The notes under the pieces: model-generated
Databases searched by the model: none
What the model was told of the DNA's origin: nothing
The model's input: only the letters and a program-made list of their open reading frames with translations
Shown here: positions 29,984-44,547 of the stretch, in pieces
Layout of the letters: each line of letters opens with the position of its first letter
Numbering within the stretch: position 1 is the stretch's first letter
Source of the DNA: Amoebidium appalachense
Lineage: Eukaryota > Protista > Ichthyosporea
Assembly (NCBI GenBank): GCA_963693365.1
Contig: CAVNZM010000011.1
Span: 1,178,001-1,242,000 of the forward strand
Direction: 5' to 3'
DNA length: 64,000 bases
Program-made: the position numbers and the translations under genes

Positions 29984-31078
29984 GAGATGTGAGATATGGT
30001 TTAAATAATACGCGAAATGTTTATGTCACGTCTGTGGGTGTGTGGGATTTATGAACGAACACAGCACCGATGAAGAGAGTAGTAACATTTTTGGTATTCC
30101 TGGTGAGTCCTAAAAAAAGAGCTTTTGTGCCAAATTTCTTTGATGCTTCACAGTATGGTTTGTCTGACTAAATAAAGCAGCTTTGCGGTGCCTAGAGAGT
30201 AATTATCTGTCTGGGTGTGGTGTGTCGTACGTTTGAGGCTGTCGTGCATTTGGCATAGACAGGGACTTAAACTCGGAGCTACTACTACACAAGACCGCCG
30301 GAATTGCCGTAAATGGGCCTACGGTGGACAGAACTACGAGCATCGATGTTGAGGTGACCAGGGGTTGTGGACACTTTCTTTTCAAGTGGTGTGTTGGTCC
30401 CTTGAGTTATGGTGTGAAAGGCTGTTAACTTGGTAGAAGTTATCGCTTCTGAATAAACAGGAACTTTTTCACCTCCACAAGGATTCTGCAAGACACACAA
30501 CCTTTTGCATTTTGATTCTGGCGACCTGCCCACGTGCCGAAAGTGTTCATTTGAGTTCTCGCTGAACGCGAAGTCGAGCTCTCGCTGTGTAATGGTTTAT
30601 TCTAACCTGGTGTCGATCGTGCCTCTCCGTGGCATGTGCGAACGATGTTTCTGCATTGCTTCTTGCTTCTTCCCTTTTAAGGGCCTACATAGGTGCCTCC
30701 ATTTGTGCTTGGCCTAACTTTATTGCACCTGGCATCTTGAGACTTTATAATTTGTGTGTGGCAATAACAACATTCCACCCCTCCAGTTGCGTGAGTTGTT
30801 ACGCCATCAAACTTGCATTCTCTGTTTAGATACCTCTTTCATACCTGCGATAACCAGGCTGAACCTTCCACCGCACTATGCATACTATGACTAGCCCTTT
30901 TTATTCTAGTCTACAACAGGTTCTATGGTGGGACGTGGTTTGCTGCCAGGGTTCAAAGTGATATTACGTAGAGAACGGCTTGCCAGCCCAGGTGATGGTG
31001 TGATCATTGCCCAAATACTAGCATTTCATGTTACTAGTATGTCTGCTGTCAAGTCACCAGACACACTCTCTCTTCTCT

Positions 31079-31081
<3 letters not shown>

Positions 31082-31166
<85 letters not shown>
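31082..31166. repeat. (CT)n microsatellite
   Basis: Direct reading. Confidence 0.95.
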
Positions 31167-31169
<3 letters not shown>

Positions 31170-32105
31170 CCCTCTCGCTCTTATCTCTCGTTTCATGATA
31201 TACATAACTCCTACACACACACACGTACCCCGCCCCGCGATCGAGGAAAAGGGGCGTTGGTGAAAAGTACAACGGATGCATGGTACATTCACGGCAGTAG
31301 TCCAGTACCCCAACTCCGGTGACCCTCCCAGTGCCCGTAACACCGCCCTCTTCTCCCTCCCCTCTCTCTCTCTCCAAATCTTCCCCCCCCCCTCCCCCTT
31401 CCTAAAACACGCAAGCATATTGATGAATCATCGGACGTTCTGGGATCTTTTGACTAGATTGGAGGTAGGTCACTTTTGTGCCCTCAACCAGTGCACATTA
31501 CATAAGGATTGGATACAGACACTTTTTATACCAGGCTGCTATTTGCACACCCACTTTTTGCACCCAAAGGCAAGCAAAAGATAAAGTGTATTCAATGATC
31601 ATGTTGGTATGCAATTGTGGGGATCTCTTGGGTAGCTTGAGCGTACACGCATGCACAGCTGGCGATGCGCGACACCGTTAGTTCTGTGCAGCAACTGATA
31701 AATCGATCTTGACGGACCTCCTACAAAGCTGAAAGACTCCTGGTGCGTCCAAACCCCCCCCTGGAGTTGGCAGTCGTGCAGGTACACTGTCGCCAAAGCC
31801 TACCCAGTGCACTGCCTTCGGAATTTGAGCCCGGGCAAGCGGTAGCCAGCGCACCGGCCCCTGTGCGGATTCAAGGTTTCGATCTCAGATTCTCTTGGAC
31901 CCACTCTGATTGGCTGGCAGGGACCACGAGATGTCCAATGGAACTATTCGACTGCTTTCAAAATGGTTTACCCTCCTCTACTTAGCCTTTTTAGGGTTGT
32001 CAACAAGTTTCAACTTTCAAAAACCTTCGACAACTTTTCTTATCATTCACTTCGCCACACGACCAACAGCTCAAACAAACCAATTGCAAGAGCTCTGCAT
32101 TAACA

Positions 32106-32853
32106 ATGCTTTCCAAAAACGACATCGTTCCTTTTGCTGCGGGCGTGGCGGCCTGCGCCGTGCTGCAGTTCCTGCTGTCGCGCAGGCGCGCACTGACAGG
32201 TAGGGCTGGAACGCATGGGTGGGTTGGGACGTAACTGCTGTTTGTGTCTCTACAATTGCGCCTGTTGACCATTATTTGGTCCCTACTTCACTATTATTTC
32301 CCTGGGAGTTAATTTTTATCTCCTGTCCAAGGCTGGCTTGGGGAAAAGATCTTTCTGCCCTCACTTGGGACACGCGGTTCTTTGTGCCACTTTTGTTCTC
32401 GAGTTTCTTGTGATTCTGGCGCTTAGGGAAACTAGCAATCAACCCCCCCTAGGCTTAGATAGCTTGGTTGCGAAACTGGTGAAGCGGCGCGGGATGAGGG
32501 TGGAAAGTGGGGGGGGGGTGGGGGGGGAAGCGGAGGGGAGGGGAGTGGGTGGGGGCGGTGCGGGAGATGTTCCTGCGTGCCTGAAGGCATTGAAGAAGTT
32601 AGCAAGAGTGGGGGGAACGCGCGGCGCGAGGAGGGGGGGGGGGGGGGAGGGGAGGCATGTTTTCAGCCATATTAGCAAGGAAGCAACCTCAAAGTTTACT
32701 GTTGTGGGAGCTTGGGTTATGGGTTGGGGGAAGGGGTTTTGGCAACCTGTTAGAATATTGTCTTCCTGCTTCCCTTCTTGACTTTCGCGTTATTGTGTGT
32801 TTTCTTTCTGTGTGTGTGCGTGAGGGGGTGGGGTGGGTGGGGTGGGGTGGGGT

Positions 32854-32898
<45 letters not shown>

Positions 32899-33487
32899 CG
32901 AATACGATGCAAAAAATTGTAGGTGAGAAGGGGTTGGGGGGAGAGGGGAAGGACGGGGAGGGGGAAGGGGGGAGGGGGAGGGAGGGAGGAGCAAGAAAGG
33001 GGAGGGGGGAAGTTTCTAAGGCTTTCCCTCATGGGCTTTTTGCCGGGAAGTGCTCATGCTATGTGTATGTGTTTGGCGGGGGGAAGGGAAAGGTGGGAGG
33101 GAAGGGGTTTGAGTATGTGACGTGTCTGGTATGATTGGGAAGTGGGGAAAGGAGGGGAGGGGAAGGGGCGTTGACGGCTGCAAGTTTTTCCGGGGATCTG
33201 ATGGTGGGTGGTGCAGCTATGGAGCAGGACAACGTCTACGAGACAGACGCCCTGGTCAACCAGTACCTCGTGTTTCACTACGGCAAGGTAGGTGTGTGTG
33301 TGTGTGTGTGTGCAGTTGAAGGGGGGGGGGGGGGGGGGGGGGGAGGGGGGAGGGGGGGGGTGGGGCGCGTTCCTGAGCTCATTCATTACTATCAACTCAC
33401 TCCCCCTTGTCACTGTTGGTGGGGAAGAAGGAAGGGATTATCGGTTTCTTTTCTTTTCTGTGTGTATGTGATCGTGGTGGTGGTGGT

Positions 33488-33528
<41 letters not shown>

Positions 33529-33878
33529 GGGGCGGATTTGGGAGACGCCTGATTATACTTGGGGGCGAGGGGGGCCCGGGGGGGGGGGGAGGGGGAAGAG
33601 ATTGGGGTGAGCATATGTGGGGATGTGTGTTGGTCATGGAATGTGGCTGGATGGTTGCTTCAGTTAGGGATAGGAATTAAGGCTAACCGATTGGGGGGGG
33701 ATTGGAGAGGGGGTTTTAATAAAGCCTGGAGGCCCCGGGGGGGGGGGGGGGGGGGAGGGGGGTCTGTAATTGTGAAGGGCACACGGACTGGAACTGGTGG
33801 TAAGGGATTTCTCGTTAGGTGAAGGGAAACTTGCTTTTACCACCTTACATATCAGCAAATTAAACACAACCATCCATA

Positions 33879-33925
<47 letters not shown>

Positions 33926-34638
33926 CATAAGGAGGTTCTTCGGTATGACTTTGGTCCCCAAGATGCTCTGGAGTTTCCCAAACGAGTGGCCCAGGAGTGC
34001 TTTGCCTACGAAAAGGGTATAAATCCTCCCCCCCCCCCCCCCCCTCCCGCCTTCCCCTTTCACCTATCGTAACCTTTGTAGTATACACTAGCTGACCGAT
34101 TTGTTCCATGAAACCTTTCCCCCCCTCCCCTTCCATCCCCTCTCCCTCCCCCCCAACCCCCAATCCCCCCCCCCCTCCGGCTGCCACCCCCTGTGCCTCA
34201 AACTTCCCTTACCCCACGGGGTTTCAAAGAGTGAGTGAGAGGCGAAACCTGGAGGTAGCCAAGGAGGGGGAAGAAAAGGGGCTTGTATGATGCAAAGTTG
34301 GGAGAAGGTAGCTTGGGACACTCTCCCCCCCCCCCCCCCCCCCCTCTCCCTCCCTCCCTCCCTCCCTCTCCGCTCCCATATTCCTCCTCTCCCCGGGGGT
34401 CAGCCGCGTTCCACGTGGCTTCTTGTCCTGTTCTTCTCCTCCCCCAGCCACCCACCGACCAGCCCAGCTCACACTCTTTCTTTCTTTGCCCTTGCGTACG
34501 CCCTTTTATCTCATTTCTGCTTTTCTTTTGTTTCCACTCTCGACAGGGACATGTTTTGGTTTCACAAACTTTCTTTTGGCTCGAACTCTGATATGTATAC
34601 TCACGATACACAATCACACACGCTTTGGCCTGCACACG

Positions 34639-34685
<47 letters not shown>

Positions 34686-34744
34686 GCCCATGCCCGCACA
34701 CACACACACACACATGCACACACACACGAGCGCGCCCATGCCTA

Positions 34745-34780
<36 letters not shown>

Positions 34781-35421
34781 GGGCAGAGTGGTGTATCCCG
34801 TGCGCTGGATATTGGCTGTGCTGTGGGCCGGTCTGTGTTCGAGTTGGCACGTGACTACAAAGAAGTCGTGGGAATCGATTTCTCCCATCGGTCAGAGCCC
34901 CCTCCCCCCCCCCCCCCCCCCCCCGGCTGTTTTCTCCCAGCACTTTGCTTGCTCATCTGCGCATGTTCACATGCAACACAAACCTACTTCACACATCATC
35001 GATAACACCTCTGCATGTTGTATTTCCTCCCTCCCCATTCCCCCTCCCCCTCCCCTCCCTGCCGTGGGAGCCCTTTGATGCAAATTACACATGCTGGTGC
35101 CTTGCCTGGGTGTTTGGTGTGTTCAACCGGCCAACATGGCAGCAAGGGGGGGAGTGTTGTGTGTGGGTTGGGGGTGAGGGGGGGAGAGAGAGGGGGGGGG
35201 GGGGGGGGCAGGCATAAAAACATGGCCCGTGTGATTTGGTGTGAGGGGCAACCATGTGCACTTTGCCTTGATGATCGTGTTTAGAATCATCCATCCCCCC
35301 CCCCCCCCCCCTCCCCCCCCCTCCCCCAACCTACCCCTTGAATATCCGTATACATCCATACCTCTACAAAATCTCTCAGTGCAAGCCCCCCAGCAGGAGC
35401 TCGATCACTCACCCCCTCCTC

Positions 35422-35452
<31 letters not shown>

Positions 35453-35782
35453 CTCTCTCTCCCTCCCTCCCTCCTCCCCCCTCAACCCCCCTCGTGTGCA
35501 CACACACACAGAGTACATACTAACATTTTCTCTTGTCTTTGCTTTTGTTATACCGTATACCCCTTCTCCCTCCGCTGGGGCCCTTCCTCCTACCAATTCC
35601 TTCTCTTTTCTTCTCAATACACGCACGCTAGCACAGCATTTCTCTCGATATCTTGACCCCCCCACCCCCTCCTCCCCCCGGGAGAATGGGCTCTACTTCT
35701 TATGCATTCTCTATACGTGTGGTTTGCACTCTGCCTTGTGTTGTCCGTTGTGAATGTGTACTTTGTACTTTATGACCCATTC

Positions 35783-35819
<37 letters not shown>

Positions 35820-36204
35820 CCTCCCTTCCCCCCACAAAGCAAATCAACAGAAAGGGGAAGGGAAAAGGGCAAAGGAGAAGAAATGAATAAGACGATGCCC
35901 ACACTACCACACCGACACGCCTTACGTTTTTATATTCCTCATAACCCCTCCCCCCTTATCTCCCCCCCCCCCCCCCCCCCCTCTAACTCAACAACCCCCC
36001 CCTCGCCCCCACCCACCCACCTCCCTCGTGTCAGCTACCCCCCCCTCTTTAACCACACCCCACCACCAACACGGTCACTTTGTGCATGCAGGTTCATAGC
36101 CGAGGGCAACTACCTGAAGGAGCATGGCAGCCGGCCCTACGAGATACAGGACGAGGGCCGCCTGGGCACAAAGTGTGTCGCTGAGATCGACCCGGCAATC
36201 GTAT

Positions 36205-36281
<77 letters not shown>

Positions 36282-36699
36282 GAAAAGAAAAAAAGGGGGG
36301 GGAAAGGAAAGGAGGGAAGAGGGAGCGGAAAATAGAAGAAAGAGGAAACAAAGGAAGGGAAGGAGCAGGACGGCGGAGTAAGAGGACTGGGCGGGAGAGG
36401 CCCGGGGGGGGGGGGATTGAAAGAGAAAGGAGGATTCTTTGTACGGCGTGGCCTTGAATGGCTGTTAGCATGCTTGGTTGCTCATTTGTTTCTGTGTGGC
36501 TTTTCATATGAGGGTTTTGTTCTTGTCTAGGCGTAAACAGTAAAAATCCTGCTGCCGTCACTCTTCTTTAACCCAACCCAACCCAACCCAACCCCTTCCC
36601 CCTCCCTGCCCCTCTAAACACACTGAGCAGCATTACCATTACGTTGTTCGTCGTGAGTGTATACTTCACATCTGTGTCACATATAAACTCCCCACAACA

Positions 36700-36767
<68 letters not shown>

Positions 36768-38003
36768 AAAAAAAAAAATCCAATCCACATGTAACCAAAA
36801 GGTATATCAACTTTCGGCCACTCTGAACACCTTTCCTGGATATGTTCATCCAATTTATTACCACATGCCCACTCATGCAAAAAATGTGCAACACACAGAC
36901 GTGTTGAAAAAAGCACACACACACACACAGACATGCACGTGTGTTTGAGCATCCACGCGCACAAATACGTCTGCTAGCACACAGACACACGCATACTCCG
37001 GGACCACACTCGCACATACACGCACACACACGCAGACACACACACACCGCGCACACAAGGATCACATGTACCTGCACCCTCACAAATCCAAAATGTCTCG
37101 GTGCAGGACCGCAGCCGGGCCCATTTCCAGTGGGGTGATGCCTGCGACCTGCCTGAGAGCCTCGGCCAGTTTGGTGAGTGCACTAGATGTGGGGGAGGGG
37201 GGGGGGGAGAGAGGAGGGGGGGGGGGGGGGGATCTGTATCCTCGTGTGCTAGCTTGTGTTTGTATGTGTAGTTGGTGTTGCTGTTGGAAAGGTGGTGGTG
37301 TCGGTCTATGTTCCTTTTGGGGAGGGTGGGGGGGGGGGAGAGTTTATGGATGTGTATGTGGGGGTGGGGAGTGGCTGGGGGGTTGCGGGGTGTGTGTGTG
37401 TGTGTGTTGGGGGGAGGAGGGGGGATGGTGCTCTGTGTGGGTATATGCATATGGTTGTGTGGGCTTTGGGAGGGAGAGGAGGGGGGGGGTAGTATGCTTT
37501 ACATAGTACGAAGTACACATTGACAACGAAAAGCGCAATATAGGTATGCAGGGCACATGGTGTGTGCATATGCAGCCTTGGGGCATGGTCGGTACAGATA
37601 GATCCTGATAATGAGCATCTGCACGAAGGAACCCATGAGAACCTACATGTGGGTGTGGTTAAAGTCATCTGGTGTGGATGTGTCTCCACACGTGCATCCC
37701 TGTGTGGTTGAATCAGCCCGGGGGGGGGGGGGGGGGGAGGGGGGGAGTTGATATGTTCGTGTGTGAGTTCGTGTGCTCGTGTGTGTGTGTGTTGGGGGTG
37801 TGGTAGGGAGCTAACTGTGTGGTGCAGGGGCTGTGCTTGCAGCCAATCTGATCTGCCGCCTGCCCGACCCTCGCAAGTTCCTTCGCCGCTGTGCCTCCCT
37901 CGTGGCCACTGGGGGGGTTCTGGTCATTGCCTCCCCGTACACCTACATGGAGGTTGGTGAACCCCCCCCCTCCCCCCCCCCCCACCACCACCACCACCAC
38001 CAT

Positions 38004-38068
<65 letters not shown>

Positions 38069-38175
38069 CATCTCTCACACAATCACTTACTTGACTCAGT
38101 CATTCATACATTCACACACACATTCTCTCTCTCTCTCTTTCTCTCTCTCTCCCCTCTCTCTCCCCTCTCTCTCAC

Positions 38176-38207
<32 letters not shown>

Positions 38208-38811
38208 CCCCCCCCCCCCTCCCCCCCCCCCCCATCCCCTCCGCCCCTTCCTCCCTCCCCCCATCTCCCCCCCCCCCCCCCCCCCCCTCTCTCTCTCTCT
38301 GTGTGTGTATGCTTCACGACCCAATACCCTCTTAAATATGTCTACTCCCACATCCCTTTTGAGCTTGTTATCACGGCGGTATATGTGGGCACGACACAGC
38401 AGGCAACCGAGCCACCCGATTCCACCAGCACACAGTACACACACACACACATGCACAAACTCGAACACACCAATTTTTCAGTTGTTTCACGGTAGATAGC
38501 AATTGGCTCCGTCCATATTCCGCATTATCCCTGCCCCCCCCCCCCCCCCCCCCCCTTTTTTTTGGGGGGGGGGGGATACACACCCATACTTTTTTCCTTT
38601 CGACCAACAGGAGTTTACACACCGGGACCAATGGATTGGTGGATACACGGATGCAAACGGGAAACCGGTGTACGGATTCGACACCCTGAAGCAGATTCTG
38701 GGCGAACACTTTGAGCTGGTTGGTGAGAAGGAGCTCCAATTTTTCATCCGCGAAACGGCACACAAGAACCAGTGGAGTGTGAGCCACGTCACAGCGTGGA
38801 GGCGCAAGTAG
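32106..38811 (+). CDS. Stand-alone SAM-dependent methyltransferase of the OvoA C-terminal (mercaptohistidine N-methyltransferase) type, ~288 aa, with N-terminal hydrophobic segment
   Basis: Phase-compatible exons 32106-32199, 33217-33287, 33926-34016, 34782-34890, 36092-36200, 37107-37173, 37828-37952, 38611-38811. Motifs [94 protein letters not shown] and [12 protein letters not shown]. Exon 1 is less certain than the rest. Confidence 0.88.
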
Positions 38812-39518
38812 GTGTGTGTGTGCAGGGCGAAAGGCATGAAAGCAGGTAAAACTTTTAGTCGGTTTTCTTGGGTGGCGTAGAATCGTTCTCAATGGTTAAA
38901 GTTTCTGGTTGGGTCGTATTTCTATCTTTCTCTGCAACGGCCAAACGTTTTGTAAACCCACTGTTTTCATTATGTGTGCTGCGACTGGTGTGATAGGACT
39001 AGTAGAGTGAAAGCTGATAAAGAGTTGTGTTAAAACTGGTCCCGTTCGACATGCTATTCGTCCGTCAGTACTGATATGTATAGCCTCAGGTTTATGGTGT
39101 GTGTCACACAGTTCCCTCGTTATATTTATTGATTTTGTTGATCTTTTAAATGATTTGTTTATTTTGGCATGTAGGTCTGTACCCTGTTTACTGTGTCCTG
39201 CAATGCGTGTTTCCAAAAGAGCGTTGCAGGGCCCAAACTTATATGACCAGGCCCTCTAAGATCACACTTTCATGTTATCTCTTTCTGGCGTCGTGTCGAG
39301 TTTTGTTCTGAGCACAGCCGTTCAGGCTCACATTTTAGCTGGCACCGCGGCTGCAAGAAATAAAGTTATAACCTTCCTTTTGACGACTCAGGCAGACCCG
39401 TCATTTTGACAACGGCTGTGTCTGACCATGACTCACTTCGCTTGGGCAACTGAGCTCGATTGAGCAATTGAAGTCCATCATCCCGTCCGGAATACTCTCT
39501 CGTCTCACAGAACCGTAG

Positions 39519-39553
<35 letters not shown>

Positions 39554-39564
39554 TTCTTCCCCGA

Positions 39565-39608
39565 CTCTCTCTCTCTCCTCCATCCTCTTCCCCATGGAGT
39601 TCATTCAC

Positions 39609-39640
<32 letters not shown>

Positions 39641-39681
39641 CTCTCTCTCTCCTCCCTCCTCTTCCCCATGGAGTTCAATCC

Positions 39682-39715
<34 letters not shown>

Positions 39716-39739
39716 ACTAGTTGGAGTTCATTCACCTGT
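39565..39739 (+). repeat. Three degenerate copies of (cttcccca)TGGAGTTCA(TTCACCTG) separated by poly-C
   Basis: Copies near 39595, 39668 and 39722; the first two are preceded by ctctctctctcctcc.tcctcttcccca. Confidence 0.8.
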
Positions 39740-41170
39740 CCTCCGGACCCGGTCCGGCGCATGACAGGCACAACATGACCAAAGCTTTTATTGCCCAGCT
39801 TGCAACGTTTGCAAGCTGCTGCAGAATCTCAATGCGACAGGTGGATCACGGCGTGCCGGCAATGGCATGTTTCTCTGCGGGGCCTTATTGTGCCACGTGG
39901 TTGCTTTTACAGCACAAAATGTGCATGCTGCAACAAGCGCACGCCTTAACGGAGTTAAGCCCTCACTTATCCCCCCCCCCCCACCACCACCACCACCACC
40001 ACCACCACCACCACCACCACCGCCACAACCACAACCACAACCACCACCACCACCACCACCACCACCCCATAAAAGCGAATCGCGGAGGGACCCTCTACCA
40101 GAGGCGCCCTGCGTTGCATAGGGAGCGCTCCGGGGCAGATCTCAGCTACAGGCCGGTTGCGCCGGGCCCCGCAAAATCTGCCAAGAACTTCACGGATGCA
40201 TATATATTTATGTCTCATTCGCTCATTTCTATACCCTACATATAACCTGGCACGTACTGACGGTGCCTGGGCTGCTATGAACTTGCCGTTCGCCTCACAC
40301 CCACTCGCGTTCGCGTGCATGCTTTCTCTCGCGGCGGCTCTACGGTCCCGAGAGTCCAGTGTTCGCTGTGTGTGTAAGGAAAAATACGAGTCACCTCAGT
40401 AGGTGACAGACATATAACGTACTTTGTATCATATCACTGTATTTATGATGCACGTATACACCCATATGTGCCGTGATGTGCCGTCTTACGGTCGCAGGAT
40501 GTTGCAAGTCCGTGTGTGACATATGAAATTTGTGCGAAGTACTGGCACACTGCTACCACCTACTGAGGCGGTGTCTCCTTTTTCCTTTTCTTTTTTTTTT
40601 TTTTTTTTTTTTTTTTTTGCAAAAAGGACCGAAAAGGGACCGCCACAAGTAGATGTATAACGTCGCACGTGCGGCAACACGTCAGTACATGTTAGGGCAC
40701 ACTGAGCCGCGCAGGTAGTCGACTTACTGGTGCCTTCCGGCTCCAGAGCCAACTTCTGCTTTTTGCCCCACTCTACAATAACGCTTGTTCATTCGTTGGA
40801 GAATCTAGTATCTGAAGATGACCTTATTACACAGATTTGGCGCTCTGATTCTGAAGGCTTTCTCGAGCACACAGAACTCGAGTTCTGTTTAGGTCATTAG
40901 TTCCTTAAAATGGTGTTTTTGGCTCGGCTAATGCACGTAAGTATCTTGAGTGCACAATCAGTAATATGACGGCTTTTTTTCGCTTGCACTAAAACCATAT
41001 GTACCCCACTTGATTCAAACACGTATCGAGCTCGAGCACCGGGCGGTCCCGTGCAAACCGCAGGTGGTGCAGTATAGACCAATCACACACGATTTATGAG
41101 CGCGGCAAAACAATTAGTCTGAGAGAGAATCCAATCAGCAGCCCGATTGAAAGAATCCCATGCCGGGCGG

Positions 41171-42176
41171 CAGGGATGCGCCGAAAGTTTCACGGGTCGG
41201 ATCGGGTCAGGTTTGAAGGTCTCCGAGTCGGGTACGGTCGGTCATGGAAAATCTAGGACAACGTCGGTCGGTCACCGGTCACGCAAGTCCCAAATCGGGT
41301 CGGTCACCGGCCGGGCCGAGGTGAAAACCTCGGGAGTTTCTATCTAACAACTGTTGTAAACCTGGGCCTGTAACGCTCTCGATATATGGTCTGGTCCCAA
41401 TAGCTGCTAGAGTATCCCATCTCGCGCTGAAATTCAATAAGCACATAAGCCGCAAGCTTAAAGAATTATTTGCCCTCCCACCCTCTCGTCTCTATCCGAC
41501 CTGTCCCCTCCTCACCTCTCCCCTCTTTCCTTCCCTCTCTCTCTCCTTCTCCCCCGGGCACAAATACAAATAAACCCCGCAAAAGTGTGCGTGTGACTTT
41601 GGACTGCCACTTACTTATTAAACATGTACACAATCACAAGATAATCACACATTATAACAAATGGAAAAAGATACCACACGACACTAGACCCGATGAAAGC
41701 AGACGTCAACACCTTGAAAAACTAAGCCTTATGTCTCGTTTTATATATAATGACCGCCCCAACCATATTGCCAAATATGGCACTCGCAAATGTATAACAC
41801 CTAAATACATATTACCGTCCTGTAGAACTGGTCTTTCTCTAGCTGATGGTATTATTGATCAATTGCCACGCTTTTACTGTACACGTGCTATACAGTGGAG
41901 ATCTAATAAGTATAAGGTGACATCGTTTGCATGCCCAAACAACACACACACACACCAGGTTAAACGGTCATGTATCGCTAAATGTAGTTTGATAGACCAC
42001 ATAATACCGCAACACACACACGTCACATTCACAACAGACACCCAGAAAGATAGCCTACCTGTAAATTACAACATCCTTGATTTTATACTATACACGCGTA
42101 ACTACGACCTGTTTAGTAGATGTATTGATTGGCTTGAGAAACACATCACTACAAAATTCTAGCGCACACACACACA

Positions 42177-42275
<99 letters not shown>

Positions 42276-42303
42276 CCAGCTGATACCGAGTGTCCCAGGG
42301 GAG

Positions 42304-42372
<69 letters not shown>

Positions 42373-42603
42373 GGGGGGGGGGGGAACCCCAACTAATTGA
42401 CTTTTCTTAGTCTTTATGGTGTCTCGTAGAGAAAGTAAACCCTGATATATAGTCATCACCCGACATTTATGTACGTGATCATGATATACCGCAGGGGATA
42501 TTCCGAGCAAAAAAACCCCATACCTGAGACTGGTCTCTCTTTGCCTCGAGTAAACAGCGTAAACCCCTCATAATAGTGGCACGAACCTTACACACGAATC
42601 CCC

Positions 42604-42653
<50 letters not shown>

Positions 42654-43056
42654 GTGGCACACACACACAGACACACACACACACGCGCGCGCACGCGCAC
42701 GCGCGCGCACACGCACACACACACAATTAGTGTGTTTTGTGTGTATTAACGGGCACGCCCTACATGTTCGAATTCCCTGTTAAAGTTTAAAAGTTTGCAA
42801 GCCCCTGTGTTTACACCATGTCACACGTGCGTTTTGTATGCGTCCGTCTATGTGCGTGTGTGTGTGTGTATGTATGTGTGCGTGTGTGAGTGAGTGGTGC
42901 TGGTGCGCACCGTGCGGCGCGCCGGCGGCACGCGCGTGTGCACGCGTGTCTGTACATGTGTAAGCGTGCCACATGCCAGTGTTTGTGTACATGTGTATAT
43001 GTGTGTGTGTGTGCCGACTTTGTGTGTGTGCCGTGCGTGTGCGTGTGTACGCGTAG

Positions 43057-43148
<92 letters not shown>

Positions 43149-43169
43149 GTGTGTTTGTGTGTGTGTGTG

Positions 43170-43212
<43 letters not shown>

Positions 43213-43232
43213 TGTGTTTGTGTGTGTGTGTG

Positions 43233-43277
<45 letters not shown>

Positions 43278-43756
43278 GCAATTGTGTGTGTGTGTGTGTG
43301 TGTGTGTGCATGTCAGTGAGTTCCGCTCAGCATGTGCGCATGCACGTGTCACATGTGACATGTGCCGGGTCGACATATGCATCACGTGCACGCCGGCGGA
43401 TGCGCGTGTCACAGCTGCAGCGTGTGCACGCGTACGCCAGTGTACAGGGCGTGCCACGGTGTCAGTGCAACTACTTGTACCATAAGGTAGTCAAAAGGAT
43501 AAATTCACTGTACCTACACATAATAACTGTAGGAAACAAACGGAAAATAATGCACAACCCTATTTATTGTATTCATGATATTCCCACACCTCCCCCCGGC
43601 CAGGCCGATACCCGAACGGACTTTGACCTCGGGTCGGGTCGGTCACGGGTTGGCCCGTCCGGGTATTTTTGGCTATCGGGTATCTCCAAAATCCAACCGA
43701 CCGACCCGATGACCGGTCGGTCCTGGGTCGGCTCGGCTCGGCCCGGCACATCCCTG
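41171..43756. mobile_element. Non-autonomous hAT-like DNA transposon
   Basis: TIRs CAGGGATGCGCCG (41171) and CGGCACATCCCTG (ends 43756); clustered subterminal GGTCGG/CCGACC repeats at 41193-41310 and 43600-43745; 8-bp flanks ccgggcgg and ccggggtg match at 6/8. Confidence 0.65.
41560..42272 (+). mobile_element. Probable 5'-truncated non-LTR retrotransposon 3' end with (CA)n tail, nested in the hAT-like element
   Basis: About 200 stop-free codons in AT-rich sequence with ..RAIQWRS....ACP...C...CSLIDHII.., reminiscent of a LINE ORF2 C-terminal Cys/His region; the stop at 42160-42162 is followed at once by ~110 nt of (CA)n. Confidence 0.4.
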
Positions 43757-44408
43757 CCGGGGTGGCATACCATCACACATCGCAGAGAGCCAGCTCCAAA
43801 TGACCAGTGTGTGTGACGCAGTATACTTATGTGTTCCTTTCTCCTTGCCTGTCTTTATTCTCCCTTTATAACATTAGATAAATACAGCGACAATTGAGGT
43901 ATATATCGACATCAAGTCTATTATTGAAAGTTCGGCGGCAGGCCCCTGCCATACAGAACCACTGACCTCGACCATAAAAAAGTGAAGTTGTAGTGAAGCT
44001 TTGTGTACAGGCAGAAGGCTAGCAGATTACACAAGTGCTTTAATGTTTGTATGTGACGCTTCTATGGATCGAATTGGAGCCATATGTGAGTAGTGCCCGT
44101 GCATGGAAGACGAGGCAAGTTATTTTACTGGCCGCCTACCAGCCACACAATAATTCGAGAGAATTTCCTCGCCACGGGCTGCGCAGACTGAGCCGAATAA
44201 TTTCAGGTGGGTAAATGTAATTTAATATTATAGAATTATTAACGGCATGTAAATTATTTTCGCCTTGGATATACAGCATACCGTTTGACTCAGTCAATTC
44301 AGTAACACACTCACCAAGTCGTCCCCCCCTTCCACCTGCCCACACACACACACACATACACACACACACACATACACACACACACACTGACACACGCGCG
44401 CGCGCGCA

Positions 44409-44501
<93 letters not shown>

Positions 44502-44510
44502 CACACGGAC

Positions 44511-44547
<37 letters not shown>

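Noticed and set aside
30285-30680. Minus-strand frame ending IYGNSGGLV, like a trypsin/HtrA motif
   Set aside because: No catalytic His/Asp context, interrupted by stops, no clear exon structure.
39981-40066. Poly-His ORF
   Set aside because: It is a (CAC)n trinucleotide repeat with no supporting gene structure.
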